A stretch of DNA of 64,000 nucleotides, taken from Catajapyx aquilonaris (Eukaryota). The position numbers and the translations under genes were made by a program. Positions 15,101-29,018 of the stretch are shown piece by piece. The first letter of the stretch is position 1. Each line of letters starts with the position of its first letter. A model generated the notes under the pieces. That model made no database searches and was not told where the DNA came from. It worked only from the letters and a program-made list of their open reading frames with translations. The stretch spans positions 1-64,000 of the forward strand of contig JYFJ02001950.1 of assembly GCA_000934665.2 (NCBI GenBank). The letters run 5' to 3'.

Positions 15101-16184
15101 ACGAACCCGTTTCGCAAGTTGACGCTGACGGCAAGTACTATTCCGTCAGTAACGTCGCTCCGGATAACTCCTCAGGGGTCTGAAGAGTGGCGAAAGTGGC
15201 CGGAAGCCCAGGCCACTTTGGCCCCCACCGACATTTCCCCCTTAGAGTAAGGTCACGAAATTTCTCCGCCAGATATGTTAATTAGTCCGGAGAGATGGTT
15301 TTCCGGAGGGAGTCAAGACTGCCGTGGTGAAACCGGGGATATAAACCCAGGGTTATTTATCTGGCTCTCGTCTCCGGAGAGGGACCTATATATAAGGGTA
15401 TGTCGTTCGCTCTTAATAAACCCCTTTTCGCGGGCTGCCACTTGAACCGGACTATTGATGGGGTCTGGAAACCGCACGTTCCGCATACTAATATGCGCCT
15501 ACATAGTTAGGACATACTATTCCGAACACTTTTTTCAAAATAGTCCGCCCGAGCAACATGTGTGACTTACCTCTCCAGCATGCGCGGGTTCCGTCACTTT
15601 GGGTTGTCATCACTATTGTCAGCCACTGGGCAGTCGGTCAAAAAAAAATTAAAAAATAATAATCCGGCGGAGAAAAACCGTCCGGAAATTTCAAGTGACC
15701 ATCGGACACACTTCCTGGGGGCAATACGAAAAAATGTGCACACAACCGGCCGGTGTCCCCCCCCAAAAAAAGTTTTCAACACTTTTCAGGTAGGTACAGG
15801 TATGGCAAGGTGGTTGTTGTCGGACTGGACGCGATGTTGGGAATGAGAGGAGCGCGGTTCGAACCGGCCTTCTAATATAGAGTGTATATATATCCCTGTA
15901 TGTGCAGATGGCGGCGCGGGCGGACTAGTCAAAAGCGAGGTATGGCAAAGGACCACTACGCATCGGCTGGCTGGCAAGGAAGAGGCAACGGGGGATCGAT
16001 AGGCCAGTACGGTGCTGCCTGCCTGCAATCCGCCCACTCTTAACAAACCCACCCCCTTTCTTACTTTTTTATGTCACTTATACAAGTCCGTCAATTTAGT
16101 CTTATATGCAAGAAGAATTGAATGCAATTGTCAAATTTCACTTTTTCATATTTTTTCCCTTACAGAAATTATTATATGTGGACA

Positions 16185-16435
16185 CTAGCAGGGGTCCCGT
16201 TCTTCGCACGGGGTGGGAGTAAAATTGCAGCAGGTGAATACCAACCTTCGTATTTAAAATTCCTCAATTTTGGGCATGTAGACTCAAAAAGCGAAGTTTT
16301 CGGACTTTTTCCTCAGTCAGAAGCACGTAATACATCGGTGTGCCAAGTTTCAGCTCTCAGAGGTGTGGAAGTGGGTTAGGTAGCTCAGACATACAAACAA
16401 ACAGATAAACCTTCTGCTTTATGCTATATAAAAGA
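16185..16435 (-). mobile_element. Non-autonomous Helitron-like element (~250 bp)
   Basis: On the minus strand: A|TC 5' end, then TTTTATATAGCATAAAG and a GTTT/GTCT microsatellite. Subterminal hairpin CCCGT-gcgaaga-ACGGG and CTAG|T 3' end. A^T target, no TSD. Confidence 0.8.
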
Positions 16436-18339
16436 TCTATGATACACTCAGAGGCTATCAATTGTATTAAAAAAACTAAAAGCATCATTCGTGTAAATTT
16501 TAATATTGCCCACTTAATTCTCTTTTGCGATAAATAGTGCTTGTCCCATATCTGCCAATTTATGCTAAAAGGTATAAAAGCATCGTTAAAGTGATTTTTG
16601 ATGACTCCCACACATTGATATTGGTATGAAAAACGCTGGTTCTGAGGCATAATTCATTTGGCTATGGGGAATAGTCTGCCAAAATGACTACTGCGTAAAT
16701 TGGGAGTCTACATTAACCATTACCGGTCTGCTTAAAATATTTGTCATCAATATTTTCTACCGCTATGATTTACAGGGCTGCATTACTTGTCCATTGCATA
16801 TCAGCGTCATGAAACCGGGTGATTGATCAACCTTGCGCAGTTTATTGGGCGTAAAAATTAATGAAGTACAAAATTCACTCAAAACTCTTAATAATTGCGC
16901 GTTAGGCTCTCTATTCGTATTATGTAACCTGCATATCTGCTGCCACGTTTGTAAAACAGCAAACACGTACAGTACGTTAAGTGTCCGACAATCCAAACTT
17001 TGGGAGCCCAGCAGGATATACGAAGACTTGAACTGCTTTGCAATGCATGAAGGGAACAGCATTCGATGCGATTATGTGCATGAAGGCTGCGCTGAATAAA
17101 AAGTTTAAAGATGGGGAGACCCCCAGTACAGTGCAAATCGCATGTTTTGCATCTATTTTATATTTCCTTTGCACCACCAAGAACGTAACACAGAATTCAA
17201 GGTTTGGCTTAGACCCGTTGAAATAGTGAATGGCAAAAAGACATTACATCCAAACCATGCGTGATTATTCCTCATAAGGTGTTTCAAACTGCTCGGTAAA
17301 CTTGTACAGAAATGAACCAAGTCCTATCGCAAAAGCAATAAACAACATCAAAAGGGCAGCGTTTTCTGTGTGTGTTCTGCAGCAATAGGAAACTTTTTTT
17401 TCCCCAGTCTGCAAACCCCTGTCCTTTGTGGCGACCTTTTTCTCAATAGTGTTGTTGACCCTCTTGAGCGTGCAATGGACTATTCTATAGATAAAGAAAA
17501 TGAAACTCCAGGCCTTCGCCACCTCATAGGAACTTATTGTAGCAACAAATTCGTCTATTTACATACCAACTGATTGGCAACGGGGTCATGATTTTGGCAC
17601 CCAGGTCACGAAGTTCACGTTTCCTCTAAGACCGCACCTCCCTTTGCACAAGACAAAATCCGCTCGTATACAGCCCAAAGGCGAGCCCTTCTAATAATAA
17701 CACGGCCCCTCGATTTAATTCCTGCGCAATTACACAGTGCGGAGAGGAAATTGGAAGTAACGATGTTGCAGAAAACTACGTTAGAGGCAGAGATGCTCAT
17801 ACCAGGCGCCAGATGGCAGTGCCTAATATTCCACTATAGCCAGAAGGAACTAAGCTGATTGCGTGCATAACCCAATGAGATGTAAGTCTACAGTACCCAC
17901 AGCATAATTTCTTTTAACAAGGGATTAGGCGACCTCTCCCCCTCCACTCTACATCAGACACCCGAAGCTGTCTGATTGGTGGATCAGACAGTGAGGGAAC
18001 CTGCTCCCACCAATCAGATCGGTTGCGGGTTGGTACAGTGCGGTACAAAAGAAATGCTATTTTGAAACCCTACCTACAGAGATCGCAATATTTAGCACAT
18101 GCCTATTTTTTTAAAGGTAATGTCGGCAATTTATAGTGTTAGGCAACCAACACATTTTACCAAATATTCCGGAATTTTTAATGGCGGCCATAGTTCGCGC
18201 TCTTCACACGACTGCGCCACTAGACCATCACATCCCATTGCTACAATCCGATAAGGGAAATAGCAAATTATCTGCAACCCCTAGAGAGCACCGTGCCATC
18301 TTATATCCAATGCGAAAAAGATAGTCCGGAAAAGGGCTC

Positions 18340-18540
18340 AGGTGACAGTGTCAAATAGCTTAGGACTGGCACCGACGCATGGAATGGAATAGGAATAGGA
18401 TGCAAATGGGTACAATCTCCCTTGTATACATGCTCCAAAAAATAAGTCAGCAGTGCCCCCCCCCNCCCCTCTTGCTCCAGCATAATGGATGTGTTATCAG
18501 GTCAGGCTTCTGGAGCCAGGGATTGAACCCAGAACCCGTT
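18340..18540 (-). mobile_element. Possible tRNA-derived SINE fragment
   Basis: Pol III B-box-like GGTTCAATCCC on the minus strand at 18529-18519; no A-box seen; boundaries uncertain. Confidence 0.25.
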
Positions 18541-21500
18541 CTCTGAGGGGAAAAAAAGGAGCAGGAAATAAGGAAGGAAGTGCTGGGTAATCGGGAGGAA
18601 GATGGATCGAAGTCGATCGGATCTATGGCTGAGATTGAGTTAGAGAAGGAGGACCCTAGTTAGCACCCAAGATGGAAGGATGGCATATCGGATGCTGCGG
18701 CGAAAGGGGTCGATGTCAGTCGACAGATGAACGCACAAACTGAAACAATACGTATAGGATTGAAAATGGGGTCGGAAATAGAAATTTATTCGGGCTCATG
18801 CCTGCGGGGTAGGGTACAAATAAGCGGCGTTTGTCGGCACAATATTTGCTTTCCAGGTCTGCCATTTGTGCTGCGGCTCGCCTCTGAAGTGGGCTTGATC
18901 AGTTTAACCTCCTCTCATTATTTTCTCCCTTTTGCACCGTTTCTCTCCGTGCCAAATGGCCTGCTCGGTGGAAAACAAATGGATGCCATATGGCATGATA
19001 CGCACTGTAATGACCACGTAGCGTGCCCTTTTGGAAAATGACCCCCAAACTTTACCTGAATAACATAATGCACCACATATTCACACACCAACACTCTGTA
19101 GCAAGTGTATGTAGCACAGGGGTGCACTTTACATGTTTTTTTTGGACATGTAACACATTATATAACCAACTTTTGCGCTTCTGGTATATGGTCATAAAAT
19201 ACGACAGGGTGCATCTTAAAGCCATTAGCTTTGGTGCTTTACAACCCAGAAACATGCCGGACTTGGTAATTTCACTTTAATTTCGTGCCACACTTTTGCT
19301 TCGTAGTGTTTTCTTCCTCTCCCGTGGTGCAACTTAGGGCCAGACGTAACGGGTTTGAAGTTTTCCAAGTAATGAAAATTCGCATTAATTGATACGACCT
19401 TGTTAGCGAAGGTTAATTTAACAGGTTCCTCGACACGGGACCCCCAAGGTGTCTCTCTCTTGGGTGACAGTGTATATGAGTCCAACTTTAGCGATTTTGA
19501 TGGCATTGCGTGCTGCATGCTAGATATTCATCTGAATGGTCTCAAAAGTGTGATGAGACATGTTAATTTAATAAGCGTCGACATTTTTTTGGTAATGTTA
19601 TATCGTATAGTACCCAGCTGGCAAAATAATGTTGCATGAACCGAATCAATACGTTATGTAAAATATCACAATATTGTAAGTACCTGCATAGAGGCCTCAT
19701 ATTATACGTATAACATAGTGTAATTGCTTCTCGTCGTCTCCTTTCAATTGTGTGCCAAGTTTTCTCCATGAAGAAGCATTCAAAATGATTGATATGAATC
19801 AATATTTTGTTGCTGGCAGATTCGCTTCTGCTGGCATTAACGAGCAAATGTGCGTACAACGAGATAATGATGTGCTGTTGTGTATGTTCGCCAATATTGA
19901 ATCTTGAAGAGATGTGTTACATATTAATATATTTCACCGCCAACCTCTGCATTTACTTGTGATTGTTGCGCATCTTGGTTGCTGGAGTAAACTATTCATA
20001 GCTTCTGAACTCTGAACTGGGCAATAGACCACTCTGCATATTATATCATTAAGAGTCATAAACTACAATAATCCGCACAGAATACTGTATTATGAAAGTT
20101 ATACAGACTATATCAGCAAAATTATAATGCACAGCGTTTGCGGTATATACTTTTTACCTGCTGCCTTTAATTTGACAGTTTCATCGAGTCGAAAGCAGAG
20201 TAAATGCAGCCATAAACCGGTGGCAGAGAGTACTTTTTTACAGTCTTCCATGAAGACTATGATCCAGAGGGAAACTAGGTCTATTAAACTTTGGGTGGAG
20301 GTTCGTTGCCTTTTCCTCACACCCTAGAAACTTGTGAGCCTCATCCCTCCAGCCCTTTTTAGATAATTAATCTAAGCGTCGGCGTTTTTTTTTTTTTCAA
20401 AAAAGAAATTAATTTTCCACCTTCACATTCTCTCCTAAAGAGGGTGTAGTTAGCGAAGAATATCTTGAGCACTATCTAACTCCATTCATATTTTCTGAAG
20501 AAATGTTTTCAAGTGAATGGATGGATTATCCCTCCACCTAATTACCGCATAAGTGGCGAATAGGTAAGAGCTTTTTATTGGATTTTAGCGAGCATTTTCT
20601 GCGCTTTATTATAAGCTGAATTGGCGAATAAGCAGATGGCGCAGAGTGGAGAAAGTTACGAGCGGATTTTCCTTTGCTGTTTTGGATTTGTAGGCGATCA
20701 TGACGTCTAGAGAAACCGTCCAGAAAGTGTTGCACAGACAGAAAAGTTTACTAGTTAGACGGACGTCCCAGGAAGGATACTTTCCTAAGTCATTTTAGAC
20801 GGGACATTAGTATAATTAAACCTATAGGAAAAACTTGCCAGGGAAAGAGAAAAAAAACTCATTTTCTCATCATGCTGCTTCGGTTTAATTCATCTGAGTA
20901 TGAAGTTTTTTACAATTTGGAATCTGGCATACACGTGCGGTTTTTTAAAGCTTCGACCACAGTGCAATATGCTTACAGGACTTTAAATCCACGGTACGTA
21001 CGTATTGAAATATATAATGCCAAGTGCTTTCATGTGTGATGATCAAGCGGCTAGATTGATGGCTGGACATTTCATAGCACAATGCTATACTCTCTCGACT
21101 ACTAACATAGCTTTGTTATGAGGCAAATATATATTTTGTAACCCTGTACTCTGGGGATATGCTCTGAAATAACATGTTACGGTATTCAATAAAAAATGTT
21201 ACAAATTATTTACCCGTGAACATTGTAGCTTTAATTAAAGCAAACCAAGCTTGTCCAATATTAAAGTGAACATTAACTGTTCAATATTTCTCAATAAGGC
21301 CGTACATAAATACTGAATCTTTAAAGTGCCTCTCATTATGAGTACTAATTCCGTTGCTAAACACTGAACATTCAAATGCAGAAAGCTTGATTGAGTCTGA
21401 CTACATCACTTTTTAATTCCAATTTTTGTATTGTGATCCAACACAGTGGTTAGAGGCAAGCATTAATAACCCTCTTTGTTCAACATAACCTGCACATGTA

Positions 21501-24500
21501 ACATTAATTTACAGCGCATTGCAGCAACTGCTTCCAATTCCCTCAATCTCTATACTTACGACCGACAATTGAATCATGCAAGATAAGAAGCAATCACATT
21601 CAAAGTGCTTTCTAAATGCGGCCAGCCTTTAAGTCTTTCTTGAAACGTCCCATGACCTGGTTGCCTGACACGATTGCTTCCTGCACATTTCAATTAAGCC
21701 TCCAATTCTCTCTCCCTGTTTGAAAGTCCCCTAGCATATTGCGTGCAAAAATTGTGCGTCGCCTGCTGCAAACCCATTGTTTCCTACAGCCCCTTTGATC
21801 CCCACCAGAATAAGCTTTGATGCTTCCAGACCAAATCAGTACGAATTTCTTATAACCAATTCCGGTCACGGTTCTGGCGCCTTCGTGGTATTTTTTTTGA
21901 AGGGAGGTATGTGTTCTTTCGCCCCAAAGAATTTGGCGCACCTTTTGAGCTTTTTTGGTATCCACACGAGCTGGATCCCAGAGGGCGTGGGGATGACGTG
22001 GCTTAGCAAGCAAAGAGTCAAACCCGGTAATGAATGGCGTAATTAAATTCTCTCTGCCCCGATCGTGGTTCGAATTATTGAATAGGTTTCTGTAAAACTC
22101 TCCTCTGGAATCTCCGGGTGTTAAAACAGGGAGGACACTGTGGGTGTCAAATGCGGTCGAGTGTGTGGGATGCATGATGTCAACAGAGGGGTTTGTTGCA
22201 CCCCGTTCGGTCAATTGGATCGAGGTTGATGATTGATTGCAATTTGTGCTTGGCTTTTAAATCTGGCGCTGATATTTTGCTGTCCGGTAGATGGCAGGAT
22301 CGTGAATTTAGCGCTTTTGCTAATTTAAGAACTGCAAGATGCAATTGGCAAAAGTACAAGTGCAGCAAAAATGCATATTTGTGCAATTTTGGCAATGTAC
22401 ATGCTGGCACAAATTGGTGCACTAAATTAGTGTGTAATAACTTATTGCTTTCATTACATATAGGGAGTAATCCAGGGCCGTCGTGTTGTTAACGCACAAT
22501 CAATGACGTCCTATTTATTTGCAATGAAAGCGCCTGCAGTGTTGGCCCCCGGAAAACCCGATGCCACCGGAATTTTATTGTATACGCAAATTGAACTTGA
22601 GCGCTGTCATTATTATTTGTGAAAACCATTTTTGGGGGGGTCCGGCAGTGTCACCCGGGTTTGTACTGTACGTAATCATGGCACCGCATTTAGGCAAACC
22701 ACAGGCAGTATCATTTGGGGCGGACCCAAATTTTGCCCCTGATTTGTTTGGCTAAAATTTCAATCTCGTAATATCATGTGGGAGGTACAGTTTGATTATG
22801 TCACGAACGCGTGCCGTACATGCCCGAATTACGCTGGGATTTCAAGCTGATAGGCTCAAAAAAACATGGCCGATACTCATTGTTTGTCCACCCTGATTAA
22901 TAATCTATCGATTGTTGAATTGAACGTGTCGGGGGAAAAAAATATTTTCTTGAGAGGAACGAATTCAAGGCGGGCCAAAATATCTCGTAAATCTGGCTGA
23001 GTCAGGGAAGAAGTTTGGCCAATGCAGGTGACCTCGGCAAAGCAGCTTGATTCCTGATTGGCTCCCTCTGCTGCTAAGTATTTTCGGTGCGCTTCCGGAA
23101 AGAATGTTTTTCTGGCCCTGAAGGAAAAGGACGGCCAAACTGCTGGCTCTGATTGCAGCCCTTCGGGAACAGCCACCAGATTCTGGATATAATTGCGGAG
23201 GAAGTTGCCGCCCCTTCTGTATCAGACACTGCAGTGCGTGGGCTGCCGAAACCTTTAAAAAGTGTATAAAAATTTATTTGAAAAAATGTCTATGACATAC
23301 CTCCCAATATCTATGCCCTTGGTTTGAAAAGGTTAATCATCACTTTTTAAAGAATATATTTAATTTCTACAGTACCTACTGTACAGCCATTATTAATAAT
23401 TTAAAAATCAGGAGGGAACTTCCCATTGGTGCGGGGTTTGCAAACAGTTGGAAACCGTGTGTCGAATAAGTCAAACGGAAGTGGCGAACTTCAGGGGCGA
23501 CCACCGTTATGTACAGGGTGGTTTGAAGTCAAGCTCAAGCATTATTATATAGGAATGAAACAGGTAAAACATTGGGAGACAAAGTCTTGAGCATGTAAAG
23601 CACTCTCTTCTGAGGGGAAACTCTCTGGGATGAGAAGTGCGCCAGGTAAATGTTGACTTTTCTCGCTCCTTCTCAGCGAACCCCCCCCCTCAACTGGATT
23701 TGGGCAACAAAGTTACTTACCCGCAAAACCTTCCCCATTTCCGACTTCTGTTTGAACACCCGACTTTGCTGTCGGCCTGTGCTCCAATTAAGCTCATTAT
23801 TTCATTAAGGTACCCTTACTTCCTCACCTTCAAGGCGATGCATTTTTTCAGCATGAGTTTGCCAACTACCTGCCACACTCGAGGATGTACTGTACAGTAT
23901 ACAATATGAAGAATATAAAAATAATATTTTAATAATAATTTCCGGTGGTATTTAACTGGTAGGATATGCAGAAGGTTTTGTCGATCAATTTCTGGCTGGC
24001 TAGGCGTCAGACTCGATACCTGGCGACCATTACTCAGTGGGTTGAAAAATAATGGTACTGGGTTGGAACAATGAAGGGGGTGGGTGTGAGAGAGGTGGCA
24101 ATTTCCACTCTTCACGTCGGCATAAGAGCGGGGGGTAATCATATTAAACTCTTGTTAATCAAGTGTGTTTGAGGAATTAACCGAGGAATTGGGAACGTCG
24201 CTCTCTCTGATGGTGCCAGGGTGCCACTGAGGCCTGGCGGCGGCGGTGTTACAATCATGGCGGATCTAGTTTCGTGTAACATGAGTGGAATGTACTTACG
24301 ATGTACACAAAAAATGTGTGTAGCCTACTCCAGCTGAGGTTGATTAAAGGAATCTTGACCTAACAGTTTTTAAAGGGCTCCAAATTGAAATTTTCATTGG
24401 TAATGAAGAAATTACTCTCACACTTGTGTTGCAATAGATTTTTGATGCTTGTTAATTTTTTCGTTCAATATGCTGTTCCAAATGTTTTTAACCTAATTTT

Positions 24501-25205
24501 TTCATAACTTACTATTATTTTTAAAAGTCAATGGATTTAGATTTTTTACGAATCAACTACATTTCACGAATGAACGAAGAAATTGATGCTCTACCGAATT
24601 TTTAAAACAGTAACATCGTATATTAGTAACCTATATTTTGCAGTACGGAAACTCCGCCTCTCGTCTAATTTATTTGCTTAAGTTACTTATAATACCGGTA
24701 CCAAGAGTTTCCATATTCAATCATTACGAAACTTCACTTTTCACTTCACAAGTTTACGCTCGAATGACTGAGCAGGATGTTGATGAAGATCTAATCCATC
24801 AAGCGTTGCGAAAATTTATTGTGTGCAATGTACAGAGCTCTACCGGGATATTTCTGTCCCATTTTCATTTTATAAATTAGAAGAATTTTCAGAATCTGGA
24901 CTGGCAAATTTTATGGTATTTTCAATGCAGCTAGGATACCAGGCTTCGGTCCTGTTGTGTAATACTGTACCTTTCAGAGCAGTTCGTCACTGATGCAAAC
25001 TAACGAATCACCCCGTAGCCTGAGTTGAATGCAAAAAGTTGCGAATTGCAAAGCCCGCGCGTGAAAACTACGATTTATATCCTCTCACTTCCAACTGTAC
25101 GCATCTGTGGGAAAACGACTACTGTATAAAATTTTGGGGTGACTAGACACTTTTAACATTTCATTTGTCCCCATACTTATTGTGCCTAGTCCACACAATA
25201 TTGAG

Positions 25206-25891
25206 CTTCACTGAATTTTCACATAAAAAATTGTAACCGCCTGCAAGTTCTCCGCAGTTCCTTCCATAACTTTGACGCACAAAAAAACCCTAAATTTGGG
25301 CAGGAAAATGTCATTTAATATGTAGAATTTGCCATAGAAATCTCCGGTTACATACTCTCTAAAAAAAGTAGAGTTAAAAAAAACTCAATAAGAGTTAAAT
25401 TAACTCTTTTAAACCTTGAAAGTGGTCATTACCAAAAATGAGTTATAATAACTCTTTGCTGGAGTTAAAATAACTCTTTTAGTTCATTTCATCCTCCGAA
25501 AAGAGTTATTAATTCACTCTTTCGGAGGATGAAATGAACTAAAAGAGTTGTTTTAACTCCAGCAAAGAGTTATTATAACTCATTTTTGGTAATGACCACT
25601 TTCAAGGTTTAAAAGAGTTAATTTAACTCTTATTTTTTTAGAGAGTAGGATTATCTGTCAGCCGTGGTGGAACCCATTGTCGTGCTGACTCACTTCCAAC
25701 TTCACTGAATTTTCAAATACAAAATTGGAACAACATGCAAGTTCTCCGCAGTTCCTTCCATAACTTTGACGCGCAAAACTCTCTAAAATTGAGCAGGAAA
25801 ATGTCATTGAATACGTAGCATTTGCCATAGAAATCTCCGGTTACATCCAGAATTATCTGTCAACCGTGATGGAACCCATTTTCGTGCTGAC
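25206..25891 (+). repeat. Diverged tandem duplication of a ~190-bp unit (copy 1 25206-25689 interrupted by the MITE; copy 2 25700-25891)
   Basis: Shared blocks cttcactgaattttca, tgcaagttctccgcagttccttccataactttgacgc, atttgccatagaaatctccggttacat and ggaacccatt..cgtgctgac. Confidence 0.9.
25355..25645. mobile_element. Foldback (palindromic) MITE with TA target duplication
   Basis: TA|CTCTCTAAAAAA ... TTTTTTAGAGAG|TA termini; inner arms of ~115 bp (about 25388-25506 vs 25516-25634) are nearly perfect inverted repeats. Confidence 0.85.
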
Positions 25892-28808
25892 GAGCAAATC
25901 AAAGACAAAGATGTTCAAAAAGATCCCGAAAATTGACACCCCTCCAAACCCCTATTCCCATTTTTCTGCTGAGCCATATCCGATACTCATGATCATCCAA
26001 AAGCCACGTCAGCACCAATTTAAAATCCCCACAAGTTTCAACATGAAAAAAAACCCTGCTCACACACATCCACTCTGAAAATTGCAGACGTGTTTTTAGT
26101 TCCGGGGGGAAAAAAAATTGGTGAAATTTTGTGGATGGGATGTTTTGGGAATGTTCCTCACCAGATGCACCTGAATGAGTAAATGAAGCCTGTAGGAGTT
26201 GATTCTGGAGGAAAATTCCGCGGGCAGCATTCCCAACAGACGACTAATTCCTTTCCCTATTCCTGGCTTTGGATTAAAGCCGCAATTATCAGCTGGATTC
26301 AAACAAATAGTCGTCGGAGCTGGAAGGATTGCCCCGGAAATGGCGAGGCTAGCATTTTCTTTCTGCTGCCTTTAACTTTGGTAATTAATCATCCCGGCTC
26401 CTCTCCCTGCAATTAGTCTGGATCATCATGCCTACTTATTACCTTAAAAAGGTGGGGAGGACCTCCCAAAAAATGTATGAGCGGCTGTCGCTTTGTTTTT
26501 AATAGCTCGTTACTATCAGAATGTACCGGGTAGGGTACAAAATATATATATAGTTGGACGTCAAATTGCCACTCTAGGTTAACAACGTTGTCAGCATGTC
26601 GGAGACGCATAAATTAGAGGAGTGATGATAAAATAATTGCGGTTTTTTGTGAGATGGGCTAAAACATGTCCGTTTTTTCCTATAGGGTTTATCGTTAAAA
26701 ATTTAGGCCCCGTTAAAGTTCCGCAAGGGAATCAGGAATCTTCTTAGTATATTATTTCAAAATATATTAGTGTCATTGATTAGAGCGATTCTTACACCTA
26801 TCAATGTGTCTCATACATTTTCTATATACAGTATGTAGTGTTATAGACTAGACGTTGAAAATCTGAAAAGGTTAAAATGCTACGTCTAATATTCTGCGTA
26901 CAGTACTTATGCCCATGAAGGCGTAGAAAATCAGCTTATTCCAATTATTTTTTACAGGAGTAATATTTTATGTGCATGTACTGTATGATCATTAGTTCAG
27001 GCTCAGTGTTGTTAATGAAGGACCAAAATTAACTAAAGTGTTATTTTTAATGAAAAATGAGTTTCTGTTAACTCCTTAAATTATTTGTCGGACAGTGCCA
27101 TTTTAGTTTTTTTTTAGATTATTCACATTGCACCTCGATTTTTGAATATTCTGTACGTAATGTGTAGTAGAGTGAATTATGTTAACATTGGCGAACCATA
27201 CGCTGAATTGCTCGATATGGTTTAATCCTCATTTAACAACTCGTAATTTACAGACTTTGTTGTATAATATGGACTTAATAAATTTCACATTTCGTTGTTG
27301 AATGTTAATAGGTCAAAATGAGTATAATAATGAGGCTAATTAGTCCAAATAACTGGAACTCGCTATCAGTATGACTCCCAATCTTGCTTTATGTAGTTGC
27401 ATCATGGGCATTCCATAATGTTGATAAACAAGTGCCTGTTAATTAAATTTATTTAAATATTAAGCTTCGAATGTCAAGGGAATGTGTATATAATTACAGA
27501 AATTAAATCACGATGGAGAATACACCTCATAATATGTGATGCATACATACATTTTATTGAAAGTTAACTGAAACACCTAATGGACTTTAAAAAGTTTTCC
27601 TTAATAAACCGGTAAATATTAAGTATTAAGGCAACGCACGTCCCGATGCAAGAAAAACCAAATTGGGATAGGATAATTCGAGAATAATTATCAGAAGTTA
27701 CGCCATAAAATGATTTGACTTGCAAGGCGAAAGTGACAGTTCCAAAGTACGGCCATAATTTCAAACCAAAAGAGCATTAAGTCCATCGAAAATTTTAATG
27801 GCGTATCAATTAGATCCGCAATTCAGGAAATGAGCCGACCATATGTGTCGCCATTAATCTGCTAATCGTACTTGGAAAGTCGTTATCTTCCTCTAGTGAG
27901 CAATGAAAGCTGTGTGGAGCCACGACATGTCTAGTTCTCCTGTAATCAGAAGGGAAATCTGAATTTTTGTATCCAATTCAAGTGATCACCCCTCTAGAAA
28001 GGAACTAAATAAAACTGGGCTTAGAATGAATGAGAGATTAGGAAGACCGGAATTGGAAAGTTTTTTTTTTCTAAGCAGAACCCGGAGGGAAAAAAAACAC
28101 ACGAAAAACTCCTTGACATTACAATGCAAATCCGGCATAAAGGACTCAAATTCTTTCATTCCACACTTCGCGTAGCACTCCGCAAAGCGGATAAAAGTTC
28201 CCAGGAGAAGTCTCCTAAAGGAATTCCAAAAATGGGGAAAAGATGTAACAACCCCCTCCATTTTACTAACATTGTATCTTTTTTTTACATCCGAAATAAA
28301 ATTAACCAAGTCGAGCCAGGTTCTAATTTCCATTCGCCACGTAATGGAAAATTTTTGCACAAAATTGTATCCAGTTCGACCTCACTTATTAAATGAGACG
28401 AAAAAATGTGACGTTCGCGTGCTAAAAGACATCCTCTTAAGCGACACTTTATTTTAAGCGACGACAACCTGGGAGGGGGGTGGTTATATTCATAAATCGA
28501 GAGGCCGGCTGCTTGCACGTATGTGCATGTCCTATCAATCTGTTATTTCCGTCACGTGCCTGGAAAGCTCGGTCTCGGGGTGAATTACAACCGGTCCGAT
28601 ATGGGGGCTGGAGCAATGCCGCTACCTCCACTACATAAATATGTCCCCCGTCCTTTTTTTGAGCCTGGTTCTCGCTTTTACACCAGTTTTTTCCGACATG
28701 TTGCCTGAAGCACCTTCAAATTTTTCGACAGACCTGGATTAGTGGCCATGATGTTAGTTTGAACTCCTGTCGTCTGTAATAATGAAGATATCATAATCTA
28801 TGTATCTA

Positions 28809-29018
28809 TCTTCTATATAAATAAAGCCGTTTGTGATCTGTTTGTCTGTCTGTCCGCCTGGAACGCCAACCGTCATCTGCGGTCCGCCTCCTACACCTAC
28901 ACCCTCTCCCCTCCTTCCGACCCGGCCTGCCTTTTATTAAGATTCTTAATTACATGTATTTTTTTGCCTGTCCTTTTCAGCTTGCTTTCCATTCATTTCT
29001 TCCCGAGCAGCTATCTAG
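28809..29018 (+). mobile_element. Degenerate non-autonomous Helitron-like element
   Basis: A|TCTTCTATATAAATAAAG 5' end with a GTTT/GTCT microsatellite; 3' end CCCGAGCAGCTATCTAG|T with the hairpin apparently partly deleted. Confidence 0.6.

Noticed and set aside
21690..22214. 174-aa minus-strand ORF
   Set aside because: Non-ATG start, no recognisable domain, no convincing splice context.
25370..25635. Regularly spaced GAGTT..AACTC palindromes resembling a CRISPR-like array
   Set aside because: The spacers are mirrored across the element centre, the context is eukaryotic and there are no cas genes. A foldback MITE explains it.
20790..26720. Short inverted similarity around AAACC(C)TATAGGAAAAA at ~20818 and ~26680
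   Set aside because: Too short and diverged, and no TSD, so it cannot be called the TIRs of one element.
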